A stretch of DNA of 64,000 nucleotides from Candidatus Cryptobacteroides sp. (GCA_034089285.1 JAXDUM010000076.1:27996-91995); one strand, 5' to 3'. Positions 19,968-30,706 are shown, counted from the stretch's first letter. Translations and numbers: made by a program. The notes: generated by a model from the sequence alone, not told the origin.

Positions 19968-22295
19968 CTACAATGTGTCATTGGTCAGGGAATAAGGTTT
20001 CTCTTCCTCCTTATACTTGCGTCTCTTGTCCGGAGTGGACTTCATGGTGAACTCGATCACGGCTCCGTCCTTGAGGTCATCGTATGTGAAATAGGCCCTC
20101 CGGTGTTCCTTCCCATTGAGTTTGATGCCGTGGACATATCTCCTTTCTGAAGATACCCCATCCGCCTTGATTTCAATGGTTTTCCCATTTTCAAGATTTA
20201 TCTTCACATAAGGGAAGTAAGGCGCACCGATGACGAACTGGTCCGAGCCAGGGCATACAGGATAGAATCCCATTGCCGAGAAGATGTACCAGGCTGACAT
20301 CTGGCCGCAGTCGTCATTGCCGCAGAGTCCGTCTATTTCAGGACGGTACATCCTGTCCATTATCTCCCTTACCCAATGCTGGGTCTTCCAAGGGCTGGAA
20401 GTCCACATGTAGAGATAAGGGACGTGGTGGCTCGGCTCATTGCCATGGACGTACATTCCGAGGATTCCCTCCCTTGTAACATCTTCTGTCTCAGCAAAAT
20501 ACTTATCGTCTAGATGTTCAGTGAAGAGTCTGTCCAGCCTTGAAGTGAACTCCTTGTCCCCGCCCATCAGGCCGATGAGGCCGGCCGGGTCGTGAGGCAC
20601 ATACATCGAGTAGTTCCAGGAGTTGCCCTCGATGAAGCCCTGCCCGTGGGTGGAGTAGAGATTGAAGTCTCCCTTCCAGCTGCCGTCAGCCATTCTCGCC
20701 CTTGCGAATCCGCAGGACGGGTCGAAGACATTGCGGTAGTTCAATGCCCTCTGGCGGTAGAGCGAGGCAATGCTGTCGTTGCCGGCGCGGCGGGCCATAT
20801 TGTAAATCACCCAGTCGTCGTAGGCATATTCCATTGTCACCGAAGCTCCTGAGCCGTTTGTTTCAAAAGGCACGTAGCCTTTCTCCTTATAGACTCCGGT
20901 CCCGTCATAATAGTCGCAGTTGGAGCTGCCGAGGACGGCCTGCATTGCCGTTTCAGGGTCGATGTCAATGCCTTTGGCCAATGCATCCCCGATCAGGGAG
21001 ACGCCGTGATAGCCTATCATGCACCAGTTCTCATTGCCCATATGGGACCATATCGGGAGAATATGGTGGACGCTCTGCGACCAATGCCTGAGGAGCGACT
21101 CGGAGAAGCCCCGGCTCCGCTCTCTTCCAATGAGGTTGAAGAGCGGGTGAAGAGCCCTGTAGGTATCCCAGAGCGAGAAAACCGTGTAGTTGGTCTCCCC
21201 TTCCGCAAGTTTGTGGACACGATGGTCAACGCCCCTGTAGGAGCCGTCCACGTCATTGTACACGGAAGGATTGATCATCGTGTGGTACAATGATGTGTAG
21301 AACATTGTCCTGGCCTTCTCATCACCCTCAACGCTGACGATGGAGAGTTCCTTTCTCCACTGGTCGGCGGCCTGCTGCCTGATTTCCTCGAATGTGTACG
21401 GGGATGCCTCGGCCTCAAGGTTGGCCAATGCCCCGTCAACGCTGACTGCGGAGATGGCGACCTTCACCACGAGAGGCTCAGGTCCGTTTCCGAAGTCGAA
21501 ATGCATGACAATGTCACGGCCGGCCACTTCCGGGAAGTTGCGGGAAAGGTCGAACTTGCGCCAGAATCCGGAGTACGGGAGAGGACGGCGGTCCCTGGCC
21601 CCGTAGTTCAGGACAGGCTTGGAGAAAGAAATTGCAAAATATGTGTAATTCTCCCTGGCCCAGCCGCTTGTAATGCGCAACCCGGTCAGGAGGGTATCAT
21701 TCTCCACCCTGACATCTGTCCACCTTGTCTTGCCTTCGTAATTGTAGATGCCGTAACCGAGATCCATTATGAGATGCTGGTCCGCACCCTCCCTGAATGT
21801 ATATTTGTGGACGCCCGTGCGTTTCGTGGCGGTGAGCTGGGCCTTGACCCCGCTGTCCTCAAGATATACTTCATAGTAGCCGGGAACGGCTTTCTCGGTG
21901 TCGTGCGAGAACCTGGAACGGTATCCGGGATTCTCCACGGTGCCGGGCTCAAGGCTTACCTCTCCGGAAGTCGGCATCATCAGAATGTCACCGAGATCGG
22001 AATGGCCAGTCCCGCTCAGATGAGTATGGGAGAATCCGACGATTGTCGGATCCCCATACTGATAACCTGCGCAATACCTGTATGTCTCGCTGTTGTATTT
22101 ACCGTCCCTGTAGAACGGGGCCGCCTCGGTGTCGGGACTGAGCTGGACACCTCCGTGAGGCACGCAGGCCCCCGGAAATACGTGTCCCATGCTGCTTGTT
22201 CCAATGAAGGTGTTGACATAGTCGAGGACATCCTTTTCCCCGGCTCCCGCGGATACAGTGAGCATTGCCAGAAGTATTGTGAGCAATTGTTTCAT
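19968..22295 (-). CDS. GH92 alpha-mannosidase
   Basis: Signal peptide; YVNTFIGT, SHTHLSGTG, FSLWDTYRA, FIEGN, HGNEPSHH and GNDDCGQMSAWY motifs. Confidence 0.94.
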   Translation of the reverse strand: MKQLLTILLAMLTVSAGAGEKDVLDYVNTFIGTSSMGHVFPGACVPHGGVQLSPDTEAAPFYRDGKYNSETYRYCAGYQYGDPTIVGFSHTHLSGTGHSDLGDILMMPTSGEVSLEPGTVENPGYRSRFSHDTEKAVPGYYEVYLEDSGVKAQLTATKRTGVHKYTFREGADQHLIMDLGYGIYNYEGKTRWTDVRVENDTLLTGLRITSGWARENYTYFAISFSKPVLNYGARDRRPLPYSGFWRKFDLSRNFPEVAGRDIVMHFDFGNGPEPLVVKVAISAVSVDGALANLEAEASPYTFEEIRQQAADQWRKELSIVSVEGDEKARTMFYTSLYHTMINPSVYNDVDGSYRGVDHRVHKLAEGETNYTVFSLWDTYRALHPLFNLIGRERSRGFSESLLRHWSQSVHHILPIWSHMGNENWCMIGYHGVSLIGDALAKGIDIDPETAMQAVLGSSNCDYYDGTGVYKEKGYVPFETNGSGASVTMEYAYDDWVIYNMARRAGNDSIASLYRQRALNYRNVFDPSCGFARARMADGSWKGDFNLYSTHGQGFIEGNSWNYSMYVPHDPAGLIGLMGGDKEFTSRLDRLFTEHLDDKYFAETEDVTREGILGMYVHGNEPSHHVPYLYMWTSSPWKTQHWVREIMDRMYRPEIDGLCGNDDCGQMSAWYIFSAMGFYPVCPGSDQFVIGAPYFPYVKINLENGKTIEIKADGVSSERRYVHGIKLNGKEHRRAYFTYDDLKDGAVIEFTMKSTPDKRRKYKEEEKPYSLTNDTL

Positions 22296-22297
22296 AT

Positions 22298-23515
22298 TTA
22301 CTGTGCGTTTTCTGCCTTGACGTCCTCGATGTACTCCTCCCAGAGCTTCTGGATGTCGGCATCTGCTCCGAGGATGTACTTCACTGCATTCTCGAGGGAC
22401 CAGTCTCCCTTCATTGAAACCATCGTCTGGGACAGTTTCCTGAGGAAGTCTCCGTCATAGTACCTGAGCCAGGACATGAAGTATCCTGATACTCCGTAAG
22501 GAACCTGCCATACATAAGGTCCGAATTTGCCGTTCTCGGTCCTGTTGGGGTCGTGATATGCTCCGGCATTGAGGGCGACATACCTTCTGTTGTAGTCGGT
22601 GACACCACCACAGGCACATCTTACGGCATCAGCGAAACCCTCGATGCAGGCGAAGTAGTTCATGTTGTCGCCATTGTTGTAAGGCACGGTCTTCTGGACA
22701 AGGTGGGTGAACTCATGGATGAGGACTCCCCTGATCTCGAAGACGGCGTCGTCGTGGTTCACATTGCCCTTGGCTATGGACTCGAGATAGCCTGAGTCTA
22801 GCTTCATGAGAGGTCCTTCGCTGTCACCTGAGACATAGGCCAGGGCTCCTGCAAGGTCCATAGGGCCGAGGATGCACTTGAGCCAGCTGAGAGGGCGCTC
22901 GCCCGAATCGGTGGTGGAATAATACATTGACGAGAGTACCTGGATGAGAAGGTCTGTGTAGTAGGCCTCCTGGGACCTGGTATCCTTGCCGACGATGCCT
23001 GCGTATGCCGACGCTGCCTGGTCTGAAACCCCGGCATCGGTCACGAGCTTGAACTTCGGAGGAAGATAGGCGGCGAATATGTCATTGGATGTGGTCCTCT
23101 TGATCTGGAGGTCATCCACTGAGGCCCATTCGCTGGTGGACTCGTTGCCTTCCTCATCTATCCAGAGGCAGCGGTAGCGCACTGTCTCAGGATTGACGGT
23201 GAGGACGGAGAACTTGTCGTAGGATGAAGGGAAGTTCTTGTTGGCATACATTCTCACGGTCTTGGTGGCGCCGCTGAGCATGGTGTAGGAGAGCTCAACT
23301 CCCTTGTAGATGGAAGGGTCGGCGGTTGAACGCCAGTTCACAGTAAGCTCGTTGAGGGACTCGTTATAGACGGCATTCCTGGCCTCGAGAGCCTCACCCT
23401 CCACAGGAGTCGCTCCGGGAGGCAGTTCTCCGAAAACATATCCTCCCCTGTCAATGCAGGCAACCGATACTGCGGCGGCCGCAAGGACTGACATTATTCT
23501 GTATATGTGTTTCAT
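22298..23515 (-). CDS. Lipoprotein with a BSP-like HExxH metallopeptidase domain
   Basis: Lipobox VSVAC; RGVLIHEFTH...CIEGFADAVR...YGVSGYFMSWL is clearly paralogous to the C-terminal domain of the GH92 fusion. Confidence 0.78.
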   Translation of the reverse strand: MKHIYRIMSVLAAAAVSVACIDRGGYVFGELPPGATPVEGEALEARNAVYNESLNELTVNWRSTADPSIYKGVELSYTMLSGATKTVRMYANKNFPSSYDKFSVLTVNPETVRYRCLWIDEEGNESTSEWASVDDLQIKRTTSNDIFAAYLPPKFKLVTDAGVSDQAASAYAGIVGKDTRSQEAYYTDLLIQVLSSMYYSTTDSGERPLSWLKCILGPMDLAGALAYVSGDSEGPLMKLDSGYLESIAKGNVNHDDAVFEIRGVLIHEFTHLVQKTVPYNNGDNMNYFACIEGFADAVRCACGGVTDYNRRYVALNAGAYHDPNRTENGKFGPYVWQVPYGVSGYFMSWLRYYDGDFLRKLSQTMVSMKGDWSLENAVKYILGADADIQKLWEEYIEDVKAENAQ

Positions 23516-23531
23516 TGTCTTGTCATTGTTT

Positions 23532-23565
23532 ATGTGGAGGCGGGCAGGTGACCACCCGCCTCCGC
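23532..23565. other. Intra-PUL stem-loop
   Basis: TGTGGAGGCGGG...CCCGCCTCCGCA inverted repeat between two co-oriented PUL genes. Confidence 0.5.
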
Positions 23566-23573
23566 AAAGTTAA

Positions 23574-25220
23574 TTATTTTACCGCGTTAGGGAAATAGAT
23601 GAAGTCCGTTGTGCTCGTGCTCATGATGAGGAGAGGAGCGGTGGCCGCCTCGGTAGTGCGGACAATGATGTGGTCTTCGTCCATGAAGAAGGAGTAGGTC
23701 TTGCCCATCATTGACTTATATGTATCCATGTTGGTTCCGAATGAGGAGTGGAGACCGGCGTTCTTGTTGAACCTGATGATGTCCGTTCCGGCGATCGGGC
23801 TCATGTCATTGCCCTGATACAGGAGGAAGTAATATGTCCAGTTGCCGTCATAGAGCATCACCACGAATGCACCCCAGTCACCGTTCCACTCGTATGTGCG
23901 GACACCGCCACCCCAGTCATAGAGGGCTTCGTACTCCGCCTTGAGATTGTTGGACACTGTCACAGGAGCAGACTTGAACTGCCACTGGGCATCGCTTGTC
24001 TTCTTGAGGTAATCTGCCATTGCATAGGTGTTGTCATCCTTGCCGATGGAGAGGTTGTCAGTGAGCTTGAGACCGGCTGCGAGGCCGTCGAGGGTCACAT
24101 TGTCTCCGTCCACGGTGAGTGATGTCACGTTTGAGCCTGATACGCTTACCGGCTCGGAGAACTTGAGCACGTCGCCTTCGCTGACAATTTCCGGAGCGAC
24201 AGAGGTAACATTGGCGTCGGCATAGAATGTGAACCTGATGAGGCCGTTCTTGCTGTCAATGTAGTAGTGGCCTACGAAGGTGCCGTCCTCGGTCCTGATG
24301 AGCTTGGAGCCGTATCCTCTCTCCATAATCTTGTCAATGAGCATTTCAAGGTCGGACTTGAGGTTGTCGATATCCTCCTTGGATGCACGGTACATCATGT
24401 AGCTTCCTTCTCCGGCCTTGAAGCTGATGCTTCCGTCAGCATTGATGGCAGTGAGGATGACGTCATCCGTGCCGAGTCTTGCTGCAAGCTCTGAATCAGT
24501 TACATAGAGATGTGCTTCACCATTCTCCACTACCAGTTCGTACTGGCCCTCTGCAGTGATTCTGTCGGAAGCGAACTTCACGATGAAGGAGCCGTCAGCC
24601 TTGTTGAGAACCAGGTATGCGGTCTCGTCCAGATCTGTGAGGGAAAGTCTCCATCCATCACCCTCGTTGCCGGCATAAAGGACATCGGTGAAGGTCTTGA
24701 GGAGTCTTTCGTCATCGGTCAGGTAGCTGTCAAGCTCGGCCTGGGTGGCAGGCAGAATCCTGACCTCGGTGCTTGTGCCGGGGATGTTGCATACAATCTC
24801 TGACACCTTGGCCTCCCTGACGGTAAGGGCCGAGGAGCCGATGAGGTCCTCGATGTCGGAGTTCTCGAATGTGATATTCAGATCCATATCGTCGCTGACA
24901 GAGAGTTTGTAGGCACCTGCCCTCGACTTCGGATTCATGGATGACTTGGTGACGTAGGAGCCTGCGTCAATGTCGAATACGTAGAATACCACGTCCTCAC
25001 CGGATTCGATTTTCCAACCTCCCTCGATACGGAGGGAGAGGATGTTCTCGAATTCATTGATGATGCGGTTTTTCTCAGTATTCTTGCTGTTCCCGTTTCC
25101 GCTGAGGTCAGTTCCCGGATATACCAGGATCTGCGGGTCGCTCTTCCAGTCGCATGAGGCCAGGGCAGCCGATGCGAGGAGAACTGAGATACAATATCCT
25201 AAATGTTTCATAATCTTCAT
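23574..25220 (-). CDS. Surface lipoprotein (putative glycan-binding protein) with two tandem DUF4302-like domains
   Basis: Lipobox LASC; position directly after susD; internal repeat (..L...EGGWK..GAY / ..L...GDGWR..GQY). Confidence 0.65.
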   Translation of the reverse strand: MKIMKHLGYCISVLLASAALASCDWKSDPQILVYPGTDLSGNGNSKNTEKNRIINEFENILSLRIEGGWKIESGEDVVFYVFDIDAGSYVTKSSMNPKSRAGAYKLSVSDDMDLNITFENSDIEDLIGSSALTVREAKVSEIVCNIPGTSTEVRILPATQAELDSYLTDDERLLKTFTDVLYAGNEGDGWRLSLTDLDETAYLVLNKADGSFIVKFASDRITAEGQYELVVENGEAHLYVTDSELAARLGTDDVILTAINADGSISFKAGEGSYMMYRASKEDIDNLKSDLEMLIDKIMERGYGSKLIRTEDGTFVGHYYIDSKNGLIRFTFYADANVTSVAPEIVSEGDVLKFSEPVSVSGSNVTSLTVDGDNVTLDGLAAGLKLTDNLSIGKDDNTYAMADYLKKTSDAQWQFKSAPVTVSNNLKAEYEALYDWGGGVRTYEWNGDWGAFVVMLYDGNWTYYFLLYQGNDMSPIAGTDIIRFNKNAGLHSSFGTNMDTYKSMMGKTYSFFMDEDHIIVRTTEAATAPLLIMSTSTTDFIYFPNAVK

Positions 25221-25273
25221 TTTATATTTCTTGTAGTTTGGCTCCGCCGCTGCGGAGCAAGCTGCCTTTGCGA

Positions 25274-27241
25274 CTACCAGCCCGGATTCTGCACGAGGGA
25301 AGGTGTCTTGGCGATTTCATTGGAATTGATCGGGAAGAAATAGTCGCGAGGGAGGACCTTTCTCGGGGCAAGCTGCTTGCTCTCGATGCGCTCCATCCTG
25401 TATTTCTTGCCGTTCACGACCACTTTTCCATTGGCCTCGTCCCTTACGCACTGCATTCCGTGCACATAGTGCTGGGTCTGAGGATACTGGCCGTTGCCGC
25501 CGTCGAACCAGGCCTGGGCCCTTGTCTCGACAGGCATTGCGAGATAGCTCTCCTCGCGGCTGAGTTCGGCAGGATTGGTCATTATTCCCTTGTAGCGTAC
25601 TGTGAAGTATCTGTTGTTCTCGAAGAAGAGCTCAACCCTGCGCTCACGCTCAATGTAGTCGCGTCTTACGGCCTTGTCTCCGTCAAACGATGCAGGGACA
25701 GGCTTCATGAATGAGCGCTCCCTGATCTGGTCGAGCATCGAACGCATTGTCGCCACGTCACCATTGGTCTCGTTCAGAGCCTCGGCATAGACGAGCATTA
25801 TTTCAGGAAGACGGATGAGAGGGAAAGGCATTCCGGAGATGGAAGCTGTCTGGCTCCAGTCGTTGTGAATGAACTTCCTGAGGGCATAGCCGGTACGGGT
25901 GTTCCTGGTGTCGGTTCCTGAAGTATTGGTCAGAGCGTCAGAGCCATCGGCAGGATTGTATTCCTTGCCCTGGAGAATGGCTCCTGCATATACGATGTCG
26001 CGGTAGAAGCGAGGGTCGCGGTTCACATAAGGATTGGCATCGTCATAGAGGCCCTTTTCCTTGGCGGTATAGATGTCCCAGCCGCAATTTGCCTCATTGT
26101 CAATGACTTCGTACATATCCACCTGCTCCTGGGTAGGCTGGTTTCTGGTCTGGCCGCTGCCGAAGGATGCAGGCACATTGTCCTGAATCCACCTGGTGTC
26201 CTTACCATTGGTGAGGGTGAGGATGGCCTCCTTCTGGTAGAATGAATTCTTGCGGAACATCTGCTCCAGCCTCTTGTAGACCTTGTCGCCGCTGTTCTCG
26301 AGAATATCCTCGCCATCCTCGCTGTAGAGGGCATAGCGTCCCTCCTCGACAAGTTTCATGAATTCCTCGGCTGCGGAAACTACAGCCTTCCACCTGTTCT
26401 CGTCATAGGTCATGTACTCTGCGAGACCCGCACGGTTGTCAATCTCGCCGAGAGGGGAAATGCCGGTGTGGTTGCCCTCCTCGTCCAGGAGTCCGCCATT
26501 GTAGAGAGGCTGGGCGGCAATCCATCTTGCAAGAGTCTTGACCGCAAGGCAGGTTCCCTTGTCAATCCTGTTGAACTCCTCGCCTTCCTGCTTGGCCGGA
26601 AGTCTTCTTGCCGCCTCGTCCAGGTCGCGGCACATCTTTTCCACGCTGGCGTGAACCGACTCGCGGACTGCATAGGAGGCCGGGTCCTCCTCCAGGCTGT
26701 AAACCCTGTCACTGTAAACCATCTCGCCGTGGAAGCGGAGAATCATATAGTGGTAGTAGGCCCTGAAGAAATAGGCCTCGCCAATCCTCTTGGAGAGCAG
26801 ACCCGGTCTTGAAGGGTGGTCAGGGGTATTGTACTGCTTTACACCGGCGATAATCTTGTTGGCCTTCCTGATGGACTGGTAGTATGTCCACCACCATCCG
26901 TATCCGGAACCTCCGTAAACCGCTCCGATGGCGGCAGGGTCGGCGCTGAGCTGGCCGTTGAGAATCTTCAGTGCAGGGGCATTGTCCGCATTGTTGAACT
27001 CGAGTTCATCGCACAATGTGCCGATGTTGTAGCTGTATATCATATTCAGGCCCGGACTGTTCCTGTACATGTCGGAATAGAGCTGGGTGACCAGCTGGTT
27101 CACCTTGTCGAAGCGGGCGAACACTTCGGCTTCCTGAAGTTTGCCGTCGTCCTCCCTCTCGAGGAAATCCGAGCAGGACGGGGCCACGCAAAGAATGAGG
27201 CCCAGAAGGGCTGCCGCTTTATTCAATATATTCATTTTCAT
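25274..27241 (-). CDS. SusD/RagB-family outer-membrane lipoprotein
   Basis: Lipobox APSC-SDFL; GEAYFFRAYY, RDPRFY, IRLPEIMLVYAEALNE, ERRVELFFENNRY and C-terminal QNPGW motifs. Confidence 0.95.
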   Translation of the reverse strand: MKMNILNKAAALLGLILCVAPSCSDFLEREDDGKLQEAEVFARFDKVNQLVTQLYSDMYRNSPGLNMIYSYNIGTLCDELEFNNADNAPALKILNGQLSADPAAIGAVYGGSGYGWWWTYYQSIRKANKIIAGVKQYNTPDHPSRPGLLSKRIGEAYFFRAYYHYMILRFHGEMVYSDRVYSLEEDPASYAVRESVHASVEKMCRDLDEAARRLPAKQEGEEFNRIDKGTCLAVKTLARWIAAQPLYNGGLLDEEGNHTGISPLGEIDNRAGLAEYMTYDENRWKAVVSAAEEFMKLVEEGRYALYSEDGEDILENSGDKVYKRLEQMFRKNSFYQKEAILTLTNGKDTRWIQDNVPASFGSGQTRNQPTQEQVDMYEVIDNEANCGWDIYTAKEKGLYDDANPYVNRDPRFYRDIVYAGAILQGKEYNPADGSDALTNTSGTDTRNTRTGYALRKFIHNDWSQTASISGMPFPLIRLPEIMLVYAEALNETNGDVATMRSMLDQIRERSFMKPVPASFDGDKAVRRDYIERERRVELFFENNRYFTVRYKGIMTNPAELSREESYLAMPVETRAQAWFDGGNGQYPQTQHYVHGMQCVRDEANGKVVVNGKKYRMERIESKQLAPRKVLPRDYFFPINSNEIAKTPSLVQNPGW

Positions 27242-27253
27242 TGCTTTAATTCA

Positions 27254-30200
27254 TTAGAATACGATGTTGACACCGAAGTTGAACACTCTCTGGATCGGAT
27301 ACCAGGAACCGTTTCCGTCGCCGGTCTCCGGGTCCATGTTGAGCTTGGAGAGTCCGTCGAATGTAAGCAGGTTCATACCCTGGGCATATACCCTTACCTG
27401 CTGGAGAGACACTTTCTTGAGCCATCTCTGAGGGAGGGAGTAGCCGAGCTCGAGGTTCTTGAGACGCAGGTATGAAGCATCGTAGAGGAAGAGGCTGCTC
27501 TCCGGATTCTTGTTGTTCGGATTGTCTCCGAGGTGGAGCGCAGGATAGGATGCATTCGGGTTCTCCGGAGTCCAGGAGTCGAGATGCATTGCCTTTACCT
27601 TACCCATGCTGTTGCCCTGGGCACCCATCACAGGGAAGTCATATACTGCAGGGCCGTTGAGCTGGAGGGATGTGAGGGCTGCTCCCTGGAAGAGGAGGCT
27701 GAGGTCCCATCCCTTGAAGGATACTCCGACAGGGATACCGAACTGAAGTTCAGGGGTCTTAGGATTGCCCATGGCCCTCTTGTCGTGCTGGTCGTCGATC
27801 TTTCCGTCTCCGTTGAGGTCCTTGTAGACCACGTCACCCGGAACGAGGGTACCCCAAGGCTGGAATCCGTTGCCGCCATTCATCGCATTGAGGCGGTCAG
27901 CCTCGGCCTGGTCCTGAACGAAGTGGTCCACCTCATATACGAAGTGCTCGCCGATTCTGTGGCCGGTTTCCTGCATCCAAGGCACTGCCCTTTCGATTTC
28001 CATCATGTCGATGATCTTGTTCCTTGCGAAGCCCGCATTGAACTTGATGTAATAGCTGAAGTCCCTTCCGACACGGTCTGTCCAGGCGAACTCGATGTCG
28101 GCTCCGCGGTTGATCACCTCACCCGCATTGACATAGGATGACACCTTTCCGAACACGTCAGGAATACCTACGACGTAGCTTCCGCCGGTGTTGGTGATGA
28201 TGTCCCATCTCTTCTCGTAGAATCCGTCCATAGACACCCTGAGGCGGCTGTTGAACATCGTGAAGTCGATACCGCCATTGTACTTGATGCCGCGCTCCCA
28301 GCGGAGGTCAGGGTTGGCAAGGTCGCCCTCGGAGATGGTTCCGCCCATGCCGAGATTGAACTCCGGGCCGAGGTTCCAGCCAGGCTGTCCACCGGTGTTG
28401 TAGTACTGCACATAGAGGAAGCGGCCGATACCCTGGTCGTTACCTACCCAGCCCACGGAGGCGCGCAGCTTGAGCTGGTCGAGCCATGTCCTTGCGCCGC
28501 TCATGAAGCCTTCCTCAGAGATTACCCAACCTGCCGAGAATGAAGGGAATACACCGTAGCGATGCTGCTTGCTGAAGTTCTCAGAGCCATTGATGCCGAC
28601 ATTGGCCTCGAGGAGGTATTTGTTGGCATAGTTGTAAGTGGCCCTGGCTGCCATTCCCTGATAGCGGTAAGCCACCTCGTTGCCAATCTTGCGGTCGGAG
28701 CGGTTGCCGGTGATCATTGCGCTGACATGGTGGTCTCCGAATGTGCGCTCGTAGTCAATCTTGAGCTGGAGGTACATCCTTGCGTCAGCTGAAACGGCAC
28801 CGTAGGAGTTGTTGATGGTGTTGTCCACGGTGAAGTCCGCGATGGCAGGTGTGTAGGCACCGCTGTAGCGTACCATCAGAGGGTCTGCATATACTCCGAG
28901 GCCTTCTGAAGGGTAGAATGTGGCATATCCGCCGTAGCTCTCGTTGTTGGCCACCCTTCTGGAGGCTGACCTGTCGATCACGTGGCCCTCGTGGATATCG
29001 TAGGAGAACATTCCCTCGACTTTCAGACCCTTTGTGAGATAGTCCATCTTGTGTCCTACCACGAAGTCAGCCTGGAAGTTGATGTTGTGGGTCTTCTTGT
29101 AGCCCATATAGGCGATCTCACCGAGTATGTTCTTGGTGTAGAGGCTGTTTCCGAAGAGGAGTCCGCCCGGATGGTCAATGTTGTAGGTCTCGTTGCCCGG
29201 ATGTCCGTTGCGCTCGAGAATCACCGGATAGAGCGGAGGTGTGGTGTTGGCCGTGAAAATGATGTTGTTCGAACCGCCGCCGGACTCGTTGACGTCCGTG
29301 ATCTGTCCGCCAAGGTTTATATTGACATAGAGATTCTTGGTGATGTCAATGTCGAGGCGGGTACGGAGGTTGTACCTGTTGTAGCCGCCGTTGGTGCTGT
29401 AGCCGTCATTGAGATGGGAGTAGCGGTAGTTACCGTCCTGGTTGAAGAAGCCGACCATCGCATAGTAGCGTGCGCGCTTGCTTCCTCCCCTGAGGGACAG
29501 TGTGTAGTTCTGCTGGATGGCAGGACGGAAGGCATAGTCGAAAAGGTCAATGTTGTAGCCGAGACCGTCCGTATTGTCACCCTTGGCCCTGGACCAGTTG
29601 TCAATCATCTGCTGGGAGTACATCTTGGACTGCACGTAAGCATCTGTCTCCCAGTTCGGATTGTCATTCTTGAGGGCCTGGTTGTAGAGTCGCGCGTAGT
29701 CGGCCGAACCGAGATAATCCGGATAGGAAACCGGCTCCGCGATACCTACCTGGGCCTTGAACTCTACGGTCGGCTTCTCCTGAGGGGCACCCCTCTTGGT
29801 GGTCACGATGATGACACCGTTGGCGCCGCGGATACCGTAAACGGCTGTCGCTGAGGCATCCTTGAGGATGGAGAATGTTTCAATCTCGTTAGGGTCAAGG
29901 CTGGAGAGGCTTCTTTCGACTCCGTCAACGATGACAATCGGAGACTGCGCTCCCGAGGTATATGAGGAAATACCGCGGACTGCGAAGCTGGCCTGGTCCT
30001 TACCCGGCTCACCACCGCCGAACTGGGTCACGGTAAGACCCGGAAGACGTCCCGCGAGGGCGTTGGTCACATTGGCACTCGGGCTCTGGGTGAGGTCCTT
30101 CACATTGACTGAGGAGATGGAACCGGTCATCGTGGCCCTTTTCTGGGAGCCGTAACCGATCACGACTGTCTCCTCGAGGGAAACGGCCTCGGCCTTGAGA

Positions 30201-30538
30201 GTCACATTGATATTGGCTTTTCCGGCCAGCGGATATTCCATTGTGGTGAAGCCAATGAAGGAAATGATGAGAGTAGCCTCTGAATAAGGTACAGTGATGG
30301 AGAATTTACCGTCGCCGTCGGCAATGGTTCCTGTGTCGGTACCCTTCACCATAATGTTGGCTCCGGCGACAGGAATCCTGTCTTCATCATAAATCACGCC
30401 TGTTACGACTGTCTTGCCATCCTGCGGGCCGGTGGCAGCCCTGGCTGATGCGACAGGAACCAGGCATAGGAAGAGAATCAGGGACGCTGCAATGTTCCGC
30501 AATGTCCCGGCAAAGCTCTTTGGTCTAGTTGGTCTCAT
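27254..30538 (-). CDS. SusC/RagA-family TonB-dependent transporter
   Basis: N-terminal CarboxypepD-like domain; VVIGYG, LKDASATAVYGIRGANGVIIVTTKRG plug motif, NPDLRWE, YLRLKNLELGY; C-terminal F. Confidence 0.96.
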   Translation of the reverse strand: MRPTRPKSFAGTLRNIAASLILFLCLVPVASARAATGPQDGKTVVTGVIYDEDRIPVAGANIMVKGTDTGTIADGDGKFSITVPYSEATLIISFIGFTTMEYPLAGKANINVTLKAEAVSLEETVVIGYGSQKRATMTGSISSVNVKDLTQSPSANVTNALAGRLPGLTVTQFGGGEPGKDQASFAVRGISSYTSGAQSPIVIVDGVERSLSSLDPNEIETFSILKDASATAVYGIRGANGVIIVTTKRGAPQEKPTVEFKAQVGIAEPVSYPDYLGSADYARLYNQALKNDNPNWETDAYVQSKMYSQQMIDNWSRAKGDNTDGLGYNIDLFDYAFRPAIQQNYTLSLRGGSKRARYYAMVGFFNQDGNYRYSHLNDGYSTNGGYNRYNLRTRLDIDITKNLYVNINLGGQITDVNESGGGSNNIIFTANTTPPLYPVILERNGHPGNETYNIDHPGGLLFGNSLYTKNILGEIAYMGYKKTHNINFQADFVVGHKMDYLTKGLKVEGMFSYDIHEGHVIDRSASRRVANNESYGGYATFYPSEGLGVYADPLMVRYSGAYTPAIADFTVDNTINNSYGAVSADARMYLQLKIDYERTFGDHHVSAMITGNRSDRKIGNEVAYRYQGMAARATYNYANKYLLEANVGINGSENFSKQHRYGVFPSFSAGWVISEEGFMSGARTWLDQLKLRASVGWVGNDQGIGRFLYVQYYNTGGQPGWNLGPEFNLGMGGTISEGDLANPDLRWERGIKYNGGIDFTMFNSRLRVSMDGFYEKRWDIITNTGGSYVVGIPDVFGKVSSYVNAGEVINRGADIEFAWTDRVGRDFSYYIKFNAGFARNKIIDMMEIERAVPWMQETGHRIGEHFVYEVDHFVQDQAEADRLNAMNGGNGFQPWGTLVPGDVVYKDLNGDGKIDDQHDKRAMGNPKTPELQFGIPVGVSFKGWDLSLLFQGAALTSLQLNGPAVYDFPVMGAQGNSMGKVKAMHLDSWTPENPNASYPALHLGDNPNNKNPESSLFLYDASYLRLKNLELGYSLPQRWLKKVSLQQVRVYAQGMNLLTFDGLSKLNMDPETGDGNGSWYPIQRVFNFGVNIVF

Positions 30539-30706
30539 AATAATAATGTTAGTGGATAGTAAGCAAGCCGGCCATTGTGCATGCAATAAGCCCTTTGCTT
30601 TGCCGCAAACATAGCGATAAACCGTTTAATGACATTTCCGCCCATCAGCCTAATTGGTATCCTAATCGGCATCATGCTGTTCAGGATAACAATTTGTCCA
30701 CTTTTG

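Noticed and set aside
21501-22460. Long antisense ORFs (for example 21501-22460, 28982-29854, 34358-35284, 51425-52240, 55864-56676)
   Set aside because: These are shadow frames opposite well-supported genes with biased codon usage, and have no independent motifs.
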